64,000 nucleotides of DNA from Nitrospiraceae bacterium. GTDB lineage: Bacteria; Nitrospirota; Nitrospiria; Nitrospirales; Nitrospiraceae. Below, piece by piece: positions 12,474-23,765 of this stretch. Where the stretch lies: NCBI GenBank assembly GCA_050246315.1, contig JBFWWG010000005.1:242359-306358 (forward strand), read 5' to 3'. Numbering within the stretch: position 1 is the stretch's first letter; each line of letters opens with the position of its first letter. The notes under the pieces are model-generated. The model was given only the letters and a program-made list of their open reading frames with translations, did no database searches and was not told the origin of the DNA. Made by a program: the position numbers and the translations under genes.

Positions 12474-12947
12474 GTGCGACACGGTAAACGCGGCAGACAA
12501 CTCGGACGGCAAACCAAGCATCGATGGGCGTTGTTTCGTAGTCTCGTCACGTCGCTCTTGGATCATGAGCGGATCGAAACCACGGAGGCGAAGGCGAAGG
12601 AGGTCCGTGGGTTCACCGATCGTATGATCACACTCGGTAAGGAAGGGACGTTGGCGGCGCGGCGACGGGCTCTGGGGTTTATTCGTCGGAAGGAAGTGGT
12701 ATCTAAACTATTTGGCGAGATGGCGGATCGTTTTCGGAGCCGACCTGGAGGGTACACCCGAATTATCAGGACCCGACGGCGCGTGGGGGATGCGGCGCAT
12801 CTGGTGGCCATCGAATTGGTAGCCCAGGCGGCGCAGGTTTCGAAGAAGGAGGCGCCTGCGTCCAAGAAGTCCAAGCCAAAATCTGAAGAACCACACGGTC
12901 AAGCTACCGGTACGGATGCGCCGACTGCTCCGGCCGGCAACACCTAA
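12474..12947 (+). CDS. rplQ: 50S ribosomal protein L17 with low-complexity C-terminal tail
   Basis: [23 protein letters not shown]. Confidence 0.98.
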   Translation: MRHGKRGRQLGRQTKHRWALFRSLVTSLLDHERIETTEAKAKEVRGFTDRMITLGKEGTLAARRRALGFIRRKEVVSKLFGEMADRFRSRPGGYTRIIRTRRRVGDAAHLVAIELVAQAAQVSKKEAPASKKSKPKSEEPHGQATGTDAPTAPAGNT

Positions 12948-12970
12948 TCGATTCACCGGTCCACTTTCTT

Positions 12971-13012
12971 GGCGGCGTATCCGGATGATAACCGGATACG
13001 CCGCTCTTCCTT
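12971..13012 (+). terminator. Probable terminator hairpin ending the alpha operon
   Basis: 14-bp stem GGCGGCGTATCCGG/CCGGATACGCCGCT followed by a pyrimidine run (weak U-tract). Confidence 0.65.
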
Positions 13013-13127
13013 CGTGTCTCGTCTCCGCTTCGTATTTCCCAACCCGCGACTTATTTACTTGGACTAACCTCCATGCTACTATCATGCCAGTTATGGATTG
13101 TGTTGTGTCGTGACCTTCGCTTCAGTG

Positions 13128-13703
13128 ATGGGCTGGCAACAGTGGGCTCGTGGATTTCTGCTCGCGCTTGCGGTAGTCTCTAGCACCTTTCTCGCGTACC
13201 TCTTACTGACTCGCACTGAGTCGACGTCTCCACGGACCCCTGCGCTCAAGCCGTTACATGACCAAGCCGACGCTGGGATGGAGCAGTTTACCTTCACACA
13301 GACTAAAGACGGTGTGGTTCAATGGGAGGTGAAGGCCAAGCAAGCGAGCCTCTATGAAGACCAGAACCACGCGCTGTTGAAGACGGTCGAGGTGACATTG
13401 TTCGGCGAGCGCGGCCGTGAGTTGACGGTTCATGGCGATGAGGCGCGGCTCAATACCTCCAATAATAACTTCGAAATCGCAAACCGAGAGCGGGACCTTG
13501 TCATCCATCTCCAAGGAGGATATACGGTGTACACGAACCATGTGCAGTGGACCGACGAGCGTCAGGAAATGGAGACGCAGGATCCTGTGGTGATTGAAGG
13601 AAAGGGCATGCGGATCACAGGACGAGGGTTATTGGGAAAGGTGGAGCGTGAAGAGTTTCAGGTATTGGACGACGTGCGTGTGGACCTTGAGTCGGCTCAG
13701 TAG
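13128..13703 (+). CDS. lptC: LPS export ABC transporter periplasmic protein LptC
   Basis: N-terminal TM helix then beta-rich domain (WEVKAKQA, TQDPVVIEG); upstream of lptAB. Confidence 0.85.
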   Translation: MGWQQWARGFLLALAVVSSTFLAYLLLTRTESTSPRTPALKPLHDQADAGMEQFTFTQTKDGVVQWEVKAKQASLYEDQNHALLKTVEVTLFGERGRELTVHGDEARLNTSNNNFEIANRERDLVIHLQGGYTVYTNHVQWTDERQEMETQDPVVIEGKGMRITGRGLLGKVEREEFQVLDDVRVDLESAQ

Positions 13704-14295
13704 CATCCTCCTCCTGGCCGTCCTCCACTGCGCATCCTTGGCGCTAGCCCAGGAACAAGGAGCAAATCCTGATGAAAAAACGACCATCACCGCGAAAAGG
13801 ATGACGGTCCGAAATCAGGAAAACAAGGTGATCTTTGAGGGAGCGGTGGTCCTCACTCGAGGACCGCTTGTGGTTCATTCAGATACGATGGTGATGCTCT
13901 ATCACGGAAGGCCAGACGGTGGGTCACCTCCTGGCGACCATCTGAGCTCATGCGGGTCCGGAGAAGCAAGTTCACGCGGGAAGGCTGCAGCTGGACGTGA
14001 TCAGCGGCCGAATGGCGGCCAGGCGATGCCGACGGTATCGGACCGGAAGGTCTGCCTGATCGAGGCCAGCGGGAACGTCACAATCGAGAAAGATGAAGGT
14101 CGCGCTATTTGCCGCAAGGCGGTGTTCTATCAGGAGGCAGAAAAAATCGTGCTCACGGGTGATCCAGTCGTGTGGCAACGTGGAACTCGTGTTACGGGAC
14201 AGAAGATCACCATGTTCTTGGCGGAAGATCGCAGTGTCGTCGAGGGTGGGTCCCAGGTCACCATCGTTCCTGAAGGAGAACGGCGGTCACCATGA
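13678..14295 (+). CDS. lptA: LPS transport periplasmic protein LptA (OstA family)
   Basis: Signal peptide; [31 protein letters not shown]; start approximate. Confidence 0.85.
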   Translation: MWTLSRLSSILLLAVLHCASLALAQEQGANPDEKTTITAKRMTVRNQENKVIFEGAVVLTRGPLVVHSDTMVMLYHGRPDGGSPPGDHLSSCGSGEASSRGKAAAGRDQRPNGGQAMPTVSDRKVCLIEASGNVTIEKDEGRAICRKAVFYQEAEKIVLTGDPVVWQRGTRVTGQKITMFLAEDRSVVEGGSQVTIVPEGERRSP

Positions 14296-15083
14296 GCATA
14301 GGAAAGGCCGCGAATCTTGCGGCTGCTGCGGACAGTGCCGAGCGGGGTCAGGTTCGCTTCGAAGACCGACTTGCCGGCGAGGGGTTGGTCAAGAGTTTCA
14401 AAGGTCGGACGGTCGTGAAAGGAGTCCGGCTCGATGTCACGGCGGGGGAGATCGTTGGGTTGCTGGGGCCCAATGGCGCCGGCAAGACAACCATCTTCGA
14501 TATGATGGTGGGACTTTGTCAGCCGGACGCGGGCACCATCAGACTCGGTGACCAGGTCGTGACCGCACTGCCCATGTACCAGCGGGCTCGCCTCGGCCTT
14601 GGGTATCTCCCACAGGAGTCTTCGGTATTCCGGCGGTTGTCCGTGGAAGACAATATTCTGGCGATCCTTGAAATGCTCGCGCTGTCGGATGAAGAACGTG
14701 AACAGCGGCTGGAAGGTCTGCTGAAGGAACTGGATCTAACGCCGCTCCGGAAGAGCAAAGCCTATGCGCTTTCGGGCGGCGAGCGACGACGTCTGGAAAT
14801 CACGCGCGCGCTCGCCACGCGTCCGCGGTTCCTATTGCTCGACGAACCGTTTGCGGGTATCGATCCCATCGCGGTGGGGGAGATTCAGCACATCATCACC
14901 CGCATGAAACATCGACGCATTGGGATTCTGATTACTGACCACAATGTCCAGGAAACCTTGTCGATTACCGATCGCGCGTACATCATCAACGAGGGCACGA
15001 TCCTCGAGGCTGGAACGCCGGAGGTGATCGTGAATAGTGCGGTGGCACGCGCGGTATACTTGGGAGACCGCTTCCAACTGTAG
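14292..15083 (+). CDS. lptB: LPS export ABC ATPase LptB
   Basis: [39 protein letters not shown]. Confidence 0.96.
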   Translation: MSIGKAANLAAAADSAERGQVRFEDRLAGEGLVKSFKGRTVVKGVRLDVTAGEIVGLLGPNGAGKTTIFDMMVGLCQPDAGTIRLGDQVVTALPMYQRARLGLGYLPQESSVFRRLSVEDNILAILEMLALSDEEREQRLEGLLKELDLTPLRKSKAYALSGGERRRLEITRALATRPRFLLLDEPFAGIDPIAVGEIQHIITRMKHRRIGILITDHNVQETLSITDRAYIINEGTILEAGTPEVIVNSAVARAVYLGDRFQL

Positions 15084-15107
15084 CGAGGGTATCACGGAAT
15101 ACTCACC

Positions 15108-16616
15108 ATGAAACTCAGGCTTGATCTCAGACTCAGTCAGAAGCTGATCATGACCCCGCAGCTCCAGCAGGCGATCAAGCTATTGCAATTGTCTCGCCTC
15201 GAACTGCAACAAACATTGGAGCAACATCTGCTTGAGAACCCGGTTCTCGAAGAAATGCAGTCTGAGCTGGAAGATGCTGAGACGACGACGAGCGAGGACG
15301 GCGCCTCGACGGTAGAGCCTTCCGGCGACACTACTGCCACCGCTGAATCTGTCGGGACTGCGAACGATCGAGATAATCCAGAAGAACTGTCGGCTTCCGG
15401 ATGGGAAGACTATTTCGATAGCGATCGCCGTGCTGGTGATGTGGAGTATCCCTCCGGTGGTCAGGACGAAATGCCGTCCTTCGAGCAGACACTCACCACA
15501 GCCACGTCGTTGGAGGAGCATTTACGGTGGCAGCTTTCCCTGTGCGGATTATCGGAGCGAGAAAAGGTGATCGGACGGCTGATTATCGGCAATCTTGATG
15601 ATGACGGGTATCTCCGGATTGCGCTGGATGAGGTGGTGGCGGACACCGATTTCACAGCGGTCGAGGCGGAGAATGTGTTGAGCGAAATACAGAAATTCGA
15701 TCCAGCCGGGGTCGGCGCGCGCAACCTGCCGGAATGCTTGTTGCTGCAATTGGGGTATCTCGGCCGCAGCCCGATCGGGTCTATCGGCGCCAGGCCTGGT
15801 GCGTTACGAGGAGCGGTTGTAGAATCCATCATTCTCCACCATCTAAAGGATCTCGAAAAAAAGCAGTATGCCAGGATTGCCAAGGCTCTGGACGTAAGCT
15901 GCGAGGAGGTGTTTGAAGCCACACGCGTCATCGAAGGTCTGGAGCCCAAACCCGGCCGTCCCTTCTCCTCGACGGACAACCACGTCATCGTGCCGGATGT
16001 GTTCGTGATGAAACATGAAGGCCAATGGGTTGTGCTGCTGAACGATGAAGGGTTGCCGCGCATGCGGATCAGCCCCTACTGCAAGCAACTCCTGGCCACG
16101 CAGGGAGCCTCGAGAGAAACCAAAGCCTACCTCGATGAAAAGATGCGCGCGGCCCAATGGGTGTTGCGCAGTATTGAACAACGCAATAAAACCATCGTGA
16201 AGGTCGTCGGCAGCATCGTGAAATTCCAGGAGGCGTTCTTCGAGCAGGGTGTCGAACACTTGCGCCCGCTGGTATTGAAGCAGGTGGCTGATGATGTCGG
16301 GATGCATGAGTCAACCATCAGCCGCGTTACTGCGAACAAATATTTGTATTGTCCACAAGGAATGGTGGAGTTGAAATATTTCTTCAACGCAGGGCTCCAG
16401 CGGACAGATCTTCAGGGTGAGATGCTCTCGTCAGTGACGGTACGAGAAATGATTCGCCGAATGGTAGCGGAGGAAGACAGCGCTCGTCCACTCAAGGACG
16501 AGGAGATCGCTACCCGGTTGCGCGGTCAACAGATCATGATTGCACGACGAACGGTTGCCAAGTATCGAGCCGAAGAGAATATCCCTTCTGCCAGCCAGCG
16601 GAAGCGTTTTTTCTGA
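15108..16616 (+). CDS. rpoN: RNA polymerase sigma-54 factor
   Basis: MTPQLQQAIKLLQL, HESTISR, RpoN box ARRTVAKYR. Confidence 0.98.
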   Translation: MKLRLDLRLSQKLIMTPQLQQAIKLLQLSRLELQQTLEQHLLENPVLEEMQSELEDAETTTSEDGASTVEPSGDTTATAESVGTANDRDNPEELSASGWEDYFDSDRRAGDVEYPSGGQDEMPSFEQTLTTATSLEEHLRWQLSLCGLSEREKVIGRLIIGNLDDDGYLRIALDEVVADTDFTAVEAENVLSEIQKFDPAGVGARNLPECLLLQLGYLGRSPIGSIGARPGALRGAVVESIILHHLKDLEKKQYARIAKALDVSCEEVFEATRVIEGLEPKPGRPFSSTDNHVIVPDVFVMKHEGQWVVLLNDEGLPRMRISPYCKQLLATQGASRETKAYLDEKMRAAQWVLRSIEQRNKTIVKVVGSIVKFQEAFFEQGVEHLRPLVLKQVADDVGMHESTISRVTANKYLYCPQGMVELKYFFNAGLQRTDLQGEMLSSVTVREMIRRMVAEEDSARPLKDEEIATRLRGQQIMIARRTVAKYRAEENIPSASQRKRFF

Positions 16617-16754
16617 CCACCAACCGATCTCATTCCGGTTCACTCCTCGGTGAGGGGAGGGGAGATCATGTCCCGCTGCTGACCCGGCACGCGTGAACGT
16701 CGGGATGTTGAAGTGTTAATGCAGTCGGGTATTCCATATGAAACGGAGCGAGCA

Positions 16755-17288
16755 ATGAACATTGTCATGACTGGGCGCCACATTCGCATTACGAATGCTT
16801 TGCGGGAGTATGTGCAGCAGAAAGTCGAGCGGTTGGGACGATACAGTCTGCCGCTCAGTAGCGTGCAGATGATTCTATCCGTGGAAAAATTTCGCCATCA
16901 AGCAGAGATCGTCTGTGTCTTCAATGGGAAGCAATATCGTGCTAAATCCTCGTCGCCTGAAATGTATGCATCGATCGACAACGTGACCGATAAGATCGAT
17001 CGGCAAATGCGGAAAACAAAAGACAAGCTTGTCAGTCATAAAGGGACGAGACGTCGGCAGACCCTTGCTCGCATGCCCTCCAAGGATGGCGAGAGGCCAG
17101 GCGTCTCGGTTGGCCGGACTCGGGCAGAAACCTTGACCATTCACGAGGCGATCGGACGGTTGCCGGTGGAGGCGGCCTCGTTGTTCTTTTTCAAAGAAGC
17201 TGCATCAGGATCGGTCTTGGCGTTGCGTCGGGGAGCCGGTGGAACGGTCGAGGTGATTGTGCCGCAGGGGGAGCCGGAGCTTGCATGA
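16755..17288 (+). CDS. hpf: Ribosome hibernation promoting factor (RaiA/HPF)
   Basis: TGRHIRITNALREYV, MYASIDNVTDKIDRQ; follows rpoN. Confidence 0.9.
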   Translation: MNIVMTGRHIRITNALREYVQQKVERLGRYSLPLSSVQMILSVEKFRHQAEIVCVFNGKQYRAKSSSPEMYASIDNVTDKIDRQMRKTKDKLVSHKGTRRRQTLARMPSKDGERPGVSVGRTRAETLTIHEAIGRLPVEAASLFFFKEAASGSVLALRRGAGGTVEVIVPQGEPELA

Positions 17289-17532
17289 TTCATGAAAGCT
17301 TCCGCTGTCTTGGGCCATTGCAATAGAAGAGCAGCGGACGCCCTGATTCGACCCTGCGACAAGCTGGCATGCGGATTCTTGGCATGCCAGCGGCCGGACT
17401 GGTCGTTCGGTCGGGTCGACGTACTGGTTGCCGCACGCCTCACTTCCTCGCCGCTCCATGTGCCCACCTGGCTTGGCGAGTGCATGATTTTGTGTCGAAC
17501 TGTCATGAATATTGAAGGCTAGGGCTGGTCCG

Positions 17533-18399
17533 ATGGCAGATTTTCAGTTGGTCATCATCAGCGGTTTGTCCGGGTCTGGGAAAACGCATGCCCTGAAATG
17601 CTTTGAGGACGAGGGATATTTTTGCGTGGATAATCTCCCTCCCGCGTTGCTCCCAACCTTTGTCGAGCTATGTCGGCAACAGGGTGAAGAGGTCAGAAAT
17701 GTTGCCTTGGGAATCGATATTCGTGAACGTGCCTTTCTGGGTGATCTGAGGACGAATCTGGAGAGCATCAAGCGGAGAGACTACAAGCTACGCCTGCTCT
17801 TTTTCGAGGCGAAGGAGGATGTGCTGGTTAGGAGGTTTTCTGAATCACGACGACCTCACCCGGTCATGCCTCACGCTCCCCTCCTCGACGCGGTTCGCGT
17901 CGAGAAAGAACGCTTGCAGGACCTCCGCGACATCGCAGACCGGATTATCGATACCTCAGACCTGACCGTTCACGATCTCAAGGGAGTGCTGAGTCGATAC
18001 ATCCACAAAGAGGCGGCGGGTCGCCGCATGACGATCTCGCTTATCACCTTTGGGTTCAAGTTCGGAGTTCCGTATGACATTGACCTCCTCTTCGACGTGC
18101 GGTTTCTGAAGAACCCGTATTTTCATCAGGAGATGAAAGGCCTCACGGGAGAGGATGAAAGGGTCCAAGTGTATGTGCTGGAGGATGACGCCGCTCGAGA
18201 GTTCGTCGAAAAGCTCCTCGACCTGTTGAGGTTTCTGATTCCTCTGTTCGAGCGGGAACACCGCAGCTACCTGAATATCGGCATCGGATGCACGGGAGGC
18301 CGTCACCGTTCGATTGCCGTAGCCTGCCATATCCGGGACCTTCTGGCCAGCCAAGGTTTCGAACCCATCCTGTTTCATCGCGACATTCATAAAGCCTGA
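17533..18399 (+). CDS. rapZ: RNase adapter RapZ / YvcJ family P-loop protein
   Basis: GLSGSGKT, CVDNLP, FGFKFG, GCTGGRHRS. Confidence 0.95.
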   Translation: MADFQLVIISGLSGSGKTHALKCFEDEGYFCVDNLPPALLPTFVELCRQQGEEVRNVALGIDIRERAFLGDLRTNLESIKRRDYKLRLLFFEAKEDVLVRRFSESRRPHPVMPHAPLLDAVRVEKERLQDLRDIADRIIDTSDLTVHDLKGVLSRYIHKEAAGRRMTISLITFGFKFGVPYDIDLLFDVRFLKNPYFHQEMKGLTGEDERVQVYVLEDDAAREFVEKLLDLLRFLIPLFEREHRSYLNIGIGCTGGRHRSIAVACHIRDLLASQGFEPILFHRDIHKA

Positions 18400-18443
18400 T
18401 CGTTCGCTTCGTGCCTCCACGCGCGCATTGAACGGCGCATTGC

Positions 18444-18471
18444 TTGACACATGTAGGACATGGACTATACT
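18444..18471 (+). promoter_or_regulatory. Candidate sigma70-type promoter for pilMNOPQ
   Basis: TTGACA-N16-TATACT in an AT-rich intergenic region. Confidence 0.5.
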
Positions 18472-18608
18472 TGGCAATGTCCCACACTGCACATGAGCTA
18501 AAACGCAAAAGTCAAGTATTAATAAGTCAATGCTAAGAAGTAGGCATAATGGCCTGTATTCCAAATGGTCTCTGGAATATCGGCCGGTCGAATAGGGACG
18601 ATTGATCT

Positions 18609-19715
18609 ATGTTCGCACAACTGCGCAACGTCCTCTCAATTGAGTTCTCGACGATTCTCTCCTCCAGGCGGCCGCTTATCGGACTCGACATTGGATCCAG
18701 TGCGATCAAATTGATCCAATTGAAAGAAGCGAAAGGACGGTACGTCTTGCAAAAGTGCGCTGTGAAACCACTCGAGCCGGAAGTCATCGTCGATGGCACC
18801 GTCATGGATGAGGGTCGTGTTGTTTCGACAATTCAAGAACTCATGACGGAGCAAGGCATCAAGAACAAGCAAGTCGCCATATCGATCTCAGGACATGCAG
18901 TGATCGTGAAGAAGATCAGCTTGCCTCCCATGCCGGATAATGAGCTGGCGGAACAGGTGAAGCTTGCCGCGGAACAATACATTCCTTTCGATATCAATGA
19001 AGTCAATCTGGATTTTCACGTGTTAAACGGGCCGGGAGCCGGAGAAGACAGTGATGGGCAGATGGCGATCTTGTTGGTGGCGGCGAAGAAGGACAAGGTG
19101 AATGAACTGTGCGAGTTGGTGAAAGCCGCGGGTCTGAATCCCAGTGTGATGGACGTTGATGCATTTGCCATCCAAAATATGCATGAGATCAATTACCCGA
19201 TGACCAAAGGAGATGTCACGACCATCGTCAATATCGGCGCCAGTGTGATGAACGTGAATATCGTGCAGAACGGTGCGTCCCTCTTTACTCGCGATATTCC
19301 CCTCGGAGGGAATCGCTATACGGAAGCCATTCAGCGAGAATTAGGCATGTCCTTTGAAGAGGCGGAGGAAGTGAAAAAGAGCGAGCGACCGAGCGGCGGC
19401 CATGAAGAGATCGTGCGGAGCGTTATTGAGAATCTTAATGCGGAGGTGGCGTCAGAGATCGGGCGTACCATTGACTATTACAAGAGTACAGCCGGCGATG
19501 GCGATGTGGAACGTCTCCTCTTATGTGGAGGCGGGGCCAAAGCAAGTGGCTTGCTGGAGCACCTTCGTGATCGTATGCGGGTCAAAGTGGAATTGGCAAA
19601 TCCCTTCCAGGAGATTGATTGCACCTCGGCCGATATGGATCCCTCCACGCTCGATGAAATAAGTGCGGTGGCTGCGGTGGGTGTTGGCCTTGCGTTGCGC
19701 GCAATGGGGGACTGA
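18609..19715 (+). CDS. pilM: Type IV pilus assembly protein PilM
   Basis: GLDIGSSAIK actin-like motif, EQYIPFDINEV, VGLALR. Confidence 0.95.
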   Translation: MFAQLRNVLSIEFSTILSSRRPLIGLDIGSSAIKLIQLKEAKGRYVLQKCAVKPLEPEVIVDGTVMDEGRVVSTIQELMTEQGIKNKQVAISISGHAVIVKKISLPPMPDNELAEQVKLAAEQYIPFDINEVNLDFHVLNGPGAGEDSDGQMAILLVAAKKDKVNELCELVKAAGLNPSVMDVDAFAIQNMHEINYPMTKGDVTTIVNIGASVMNVNIVQNGASLFTRDIPLGGNRYTEAIQRELGMSFEEAEEVKKSERPSGGHEEIVRSVIENLNAEVASEIGRTIDYYKSTAGDGDVERLLLCGGGAKASGLLEHLRDRMRVKVELANPFQEIDCTSADMDPSTLDEISAVAAVGVGLALRAMGD

Positions 19716-20269
19716 TGATTCGGATCAACCTGATCGCCGGACCTCGATCCAAGAAAGCTCAACCCGCGCAGTGGGGAGCGCGAGCGGAGGCCTTGGCCGG
19801 TATCGCCGTCGTTGTGCTGACTCTACTGATTGCCTGGTTGTACGTCGATGCGCTTCAAGAAGAGCGTGTAGCTAAAGAGCAGGAGAAGCAGGAGAAGGAG
19901 CGGCAAATCGTTGCCCTGAAGGAGCAGGTAAAGCAGGTCGACGGATTTGAGCAAAAGAAGAAGGCGCTCGAGGACAAGAATCGAATTATCGATCAGCTCG
20001 AAAAGTCTCGGTCCGGTCCGGTGAAGGTGATGGACCATCTCAGCCGGAGTCTCGATCCGCTCAAATTATGGCTGCTGAAGATGTCGATGAAAGAGGGGCG
20101 AGTTGAGGTGGAAGGGCGGGCACTCACCAACGATGATATTGTGGAATTCGTGAACAACCTGCGACGCACAGAATATTTCACTGCCATTCAACTGATGGAG
20201 TCTCGCGCGGCGACAGAAGGTAAGGCAGGGGTATTCAGCTTCAAGATCACTTTCTCTTTAAGGATCTAA
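19715..20269 (+). CDS. pilN: Type IV pilus assembly protein PilN
   Basis: MIRINLI N-terminus, TM helix, coiled coil. Confidence 0.93.
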   Translation: MIRINLIAGPRSKKAQPAQWGARAEALAGIAVVVLTLLIAWLYVDALQEERVAKEQEKQEKERQIVALKEQVKQVDGFEQKKKALEDKNRIIDQLEKSRSGPVKVMDHLSRSLDPLKLWLLKMSMKEGRVEVEGRALTNDDIVEFVNNLRRTEYFTAIQLMESRAATEGKAGVFSFKITFSLRI

Positions 20270-20272
20270 CCA

Positions 20273-20923
20273 GTGGACATGCCTAAACTGAACCTGGATG
20301 TGCTTCATAACGTGCCGCTTTCCCAAAAGCTGGCGCTGTTGGGGCTCCTCATAGGAGGGATCGTGGCTGGTGTGTATTACTACTATGTTGAGCCGGAAAA
20401 CGAGCAGATTACTCATCTCCAAACCCAGATTGGTCAGCTCGATTCGGAAGTTCAGAATCTTACGCTCAAGGTGAAGCATCTCGATGAGTTGATCGCGGCG
20501 ACGAAGCAATTGGAGGTTGAACTTGCCAAGAAGAAGGAACGGCTGCCGCCTTCTGAAGAGGCCGTGATGCTGTTGAAGCAACTATCGGACCTTGGATCTC
20601 GACTTGGATTGGATATCAAACTGTGGAAGCCTGCTCCTCCGTCTGAAGACCCCTCCAAGCTCTTCGTCCGAATGCCGGTCAACGTCGAAGTGGCCGGTGG
20701 ATACCATACAGCGGCCATTTTCTTCGACCGTGTCAACCGCTTGCCCCGTATTATCAATGTTTCTGACTTAAGGATGGGAAATCCGCAAGTCGAGAAGGGA
20801 CGGGTCGTCACCCAAACCGTATTTGATTTGGTAGCCTTTGCAGCCCCGGAAGAGCGGGTGGCATCGGCCAATGCGCCAGGCTCTGCAGCTCCTAGCCTGG
20901 TTCCTGGACCTATCAAGCGATGA
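20273..20923 (+). CDS. pilO: Type IV pilus assembly protein PilO
   Basis: TM plus coiled coil, GGYHTAAIFFDRVNRLPRII. Confidence 0.92.
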   Translation: MDMPKLNLDVLHNVPLSQKLALLGLLIGGIVAGVYYYYVEPENEQITHLQTQIGQLDSEVQNLTLKVKHLDELIAATKQLEVELAKKKERLPPSEEAVMLLKQLSDLGSRLGLDIKLWKPAPPSEDPSKLFVRMPVNVEVAGGYHTAAIFFDRVNRLPRIINVSDLRMGNPQVEKGRVVTQTVFDLVAFAAPEERVASANAPGSAAPSLVPGPIKR

Positions 20924-21546
20924 AGAGGAGCGATGTGAATCCATTGTCTGTCAGTTCCAACCTGCCATGGATGATTGCTCCGGTCGTCCTGATCGCCTTC
21001 ATCGTGCCTGCTGTCGGGCTTGCACAACCGACTTCCGAAGCCAAGCAATCCGGAGGTAGCGTTTCTGCGCCGCCGGCCTCAATCCCAACACCGAACGCTG
21101 GTGAGGCGACGTCCATCCTGTTGACTCCAGGAAACGCACCAGGTCAACCAGAGAACATGACCAGAACCGTGGCGGTGCCCGGGATGATCGAAGCCGAGGT
21201 GCCGGTATATGATCCTGCGGGACGTCGTGACCCATTCATTGCAATTGTTCAACTCGATGACAGAAAAGCAGATGAAGCCATGCCTCCGCTGCAACGTGTT
21301 GCGGTGACGGAGATCAATCTCATTGCCGTAGTGTGGGGAGGGTATGGATATACGGGGATGGTCCAAACTCCTGATGGGAAAGGGTATGTCATTCGGAGAG
21401 GGACGCGACTCGGAACCAATAATGGTCTTGTGACTTCGATTACAGAGCGGGGCGTGATCGTCGTGGAACGATTTTCAGACGTCTACGGGAATAAACAGGA
21501 GCGGGAATACGTCAAGCTCCTCCATCCAAAAGAGGCGGCAGAATGA
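20920..21546 (+). CDS. pilP: Type IV pilus assembly protein PilP
   Basis: YDPAGRRDPF, MVQTPDGKGY..RRG..LG.N.G. Confidence 0.9.
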   Translation: MKRSDVNPLSVSSNLPWMIAPVVLIAFIVPAVGLAQPTSEAKQSGGSVSAPPASIPTPNAGEATSILLTPGNAPGQPENMTRTVAVPGMIEAEVPVYDPAGRRDPFIAIVQLDDRKADEAMPPLQRVAVTEINLIAVVWGGYGYTGMVQTPDGKGYVIRRGTRLGTNNGLVTSITERGVIVVERFSDVYGNKQEREYVKLLHPKEAAE

Positions 21547-23765
21547 AACGGCATAATTGGCTCAGGGGTGCGACGGTCCTGGTGATGGTGGCAGGTGGCG
21601 CATCCTTGGCCCCAGGTGAAACGAGCCATGCGCAGACACAGGCCGAGGAACGGTCGCTCCCCTCCGACCTGAACATCACGTCATATCCAGACCGAGTGCG
21701 TGTCACGATAGCGGGGGTAATGAGGGACGAGGTCTACCAAGTTCGCAAGAGTTTGGTGCCCCCCGTAGTGTCCGTGGTTCTTCCCGGACATTCCTGGGGA
21801 GCCTCGGGCACGGAAGCCGTGGTGAATCAACGTCCCTTGGTCAAACTGATCCGCGAGGATATGGCCGCACCCATCAAGGGGGCGCGCATTGTTTTTCAAC
21901 TTTCCGAACCGACGGAGCCGGACGTGACCCGTGAGGGAGACAGGCTGCATGTGGATTTCCCGGTCAACAAGACGTCCACCATGAAAGCGAGCGTGATTAA
22001 ATCCGTCGAGGTGCGTCCTGACGATTCGGGGGCCCAAATCGTAGTGTCGGCCGATGGACGGGTCTCTCACGACGTACATCTCATTGATGGGAACCGGCTG
22101 GTCATTGATCTGCTGCACGTTGTGTCGGAGGCGGTCGCCCCGGTGGTCGAAAGCAAGGATCAGTTGATTCAGAAGGTCCGTCTCGGTCGGCACACGGAGA
22201 AGGTGCGACTGGTCGTAGATCTGGCAGAGCCAGTGGCGTACTCCGTGGAGCCCGTACCGAGCGGGCTGATCGTGCATGTTGCAGGAACGGCGATGAAGGC
22301 CGGCCTTCCTAAACCTCCATCACAAGAACCGGAACGAATTTCAGTATCCGGTGTATCCCCGGATACGGCCGTCCGGTCCGCTGCGACACTCAGCGCTGCG
22401 GTGCGAGCCGTTCCCGCCGTTCAGCAGCAGAGCAAGGGGATGACCGTAAAGCCTCAACTGGCGCAATTGACCACCGGGCTCGATCCAAAAACTCAGGATG
22501 AGGTGGTGGTTGACCAGCCGCGCTTTGTGGGACGGCGGATCTCCCTCGATTTTCAAGCGGCCGAAATCAGCAACGTCCTGCGACTGATTGCAGAGGTCAG
22601 TGGCTTCAATATTGTGGTCGGTGAAGGGGTCAAATCAAAAGTGACGATGAAGCTGGCCAACGTGCCATGGGATCAAGCATTGGACATGTTGCTTCGTATG
22701 AACGGGCTCGGGATGATGAAGCAGGGCAACATCGTCTGGGTGGATAGCTTGCTGAATTTGTCCAAACAACAGGAAGAAGAGGCGAAGGCCAAGGAGGCCA
22801 AGAGCAAGGCGGAAGAAATTGTCACCCGCATTTTTTATCTGCGGAATATTCCTGCACAGGAGGTGGTGACCTCGTTGCGGCAATATCTGAGTCCCCGGGG
22901 GCAGATGCAATTCAACAATGCGAGCAATGCGGTCATTGTCCGAGACATCGAGTCTAGAATTGGAATGTTCCGGCAGCTTGTCGATGGCATCGATCTGCAA
23001 CTGCCGCAGGTAGAGATCGAAGCGCGGGTGGTTCAGGCCAATACGAACTACACCCGTTCCCTCGGCATTCAGTGGGGATTTCAAAATGTGAACACCCTCG
23101 GATCCTCGAACGGAGTCGCCAACTTTAGAGCGGGCACCACGGGGTCCTTCGGTCAGCCGGTGAGCGATTTCCTGGTGAATCTGCCGGCGACGGTGGCCGG
23201 TCTCCAGCCCATCCCGGCGGTCGGATTTCAATTCGGCAAGACCGACGGTGCCTTGTTGGATCTTCGTCTCTCCGCGGGCGAGGCCCTGGGATTGACCAAG
23301 GTCATCGCCTCCCCGAAGATCACGACGTTGGATAACCGGGAGGCTAAGATTTCGCAGGGCGAGTCAATACCCTTTCAAACCGTCTCGTTGCAGGGCACCC
23401 AGACCACCTTCGTGGACGCGAACCTCGAGTTACAGGTGACGCCGCAGATCACCTCGCGCGATCCGAACGAGGTGACCAAGCGGATCATGCTCAAGGTTCG
23501 AGCCACCAGGAATGCGGTCGGCGCGCGCAGCAATCCTGCGGGTCCCAGCATCGACAAGCGGGAGGCTCAAACTCAGGTCTTGGTTCGCGACGGTGAGACG
23601 ATGGTGATCGGCGGTGTCTACGTCGATCAACAACAGAATAACGTCAACGGCGTGCCCTATCTCTCGCGAATCCCAGTGCTCGGCTGGCTATTCAAGAATA
23701 AAGTGGAAGACATTGCAAGACAGGAGCTGCTGATCTTTCTTACGCCGAACATCGTGAAAAGCTGA
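21543..23765 (+). CDS. pilQ: Type IV pilus secretin PilQ with AMIN-like domains
   Basis: GRRISLDFQ, VPWDQALD, VPYLSRIPVLGWLFK, ELLIFLTP. Confidence 0.96.
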   Translation: MKRHNWLRGATVLVMVAGGASLAPGETSHAQTQAEERSLPSDLNITSYPDRVRVTIAGVMRDEVYQVRKSLVPPVVSVVLPGHSWGASGTEAVVNQRPLVKLIREDMAAPIKGARIVFQLSEPTEPDVTREGDRLHVDFPVNKTSTMKASVIKSVEVRPDDSGAQIVVSADGRVSHDVHLIDGNRLVIDLLHVVSEAVAPVVESKDQLIQKVRLGRHTEKVRLVVDLAEPVAYSVEPVPSGLIVHVAGTAMKAGLPKPPSQEPERISVSGVSPDTAVRSAATLSAAVRAVPAVQQQSKGMTVKPQLAQLTTGLDPKTQDEVVVDQPRFVGRRISLDFQAAEISNVLRLIAEVSGFNIVVGEGVKSKVTMKLANVPWDQALDMLLRMNGLGMMKQGNIVWVDSLLNLSKQQEEEAKAKEAKSKAEEIVTRIFYLRNIPAQEVVTSLRQYLSPRGQMQFNNASNAVIVRDIESRIGMFRQLVDGIDLQLPQVEIEARVVQANTNYTRSLGIQWGFQNVNTLGSSNGVANFRAGTTGSFGQPVSDFLVNLPATVAGLQPIPAVGFQFGKTDGALLDLRLSAGEALGLTKVIASPKITTLDNREAKISQGESIPFQTVSLQGTQTTFVDANLELQVTPQITSRDPNEVTKRIMLKVRATRNAVGARSNPAGPSIDKREAQTQVLVRDGETMVIGGVYVDQQQNNVNGVPYLSRIPVLGWLFKNKVEDIARQELLIFLTPNIVKS

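Noticed and set aside
17364..17390. Palindrome CTGGCATGC...GCATGCCAG as a sigma54 promoter upstream of rapZ
   Set aside because: GG is followed after 10 nt by CT, not GC, so the -12 element is missing; it is only an inverted repeat of unknown meaning.
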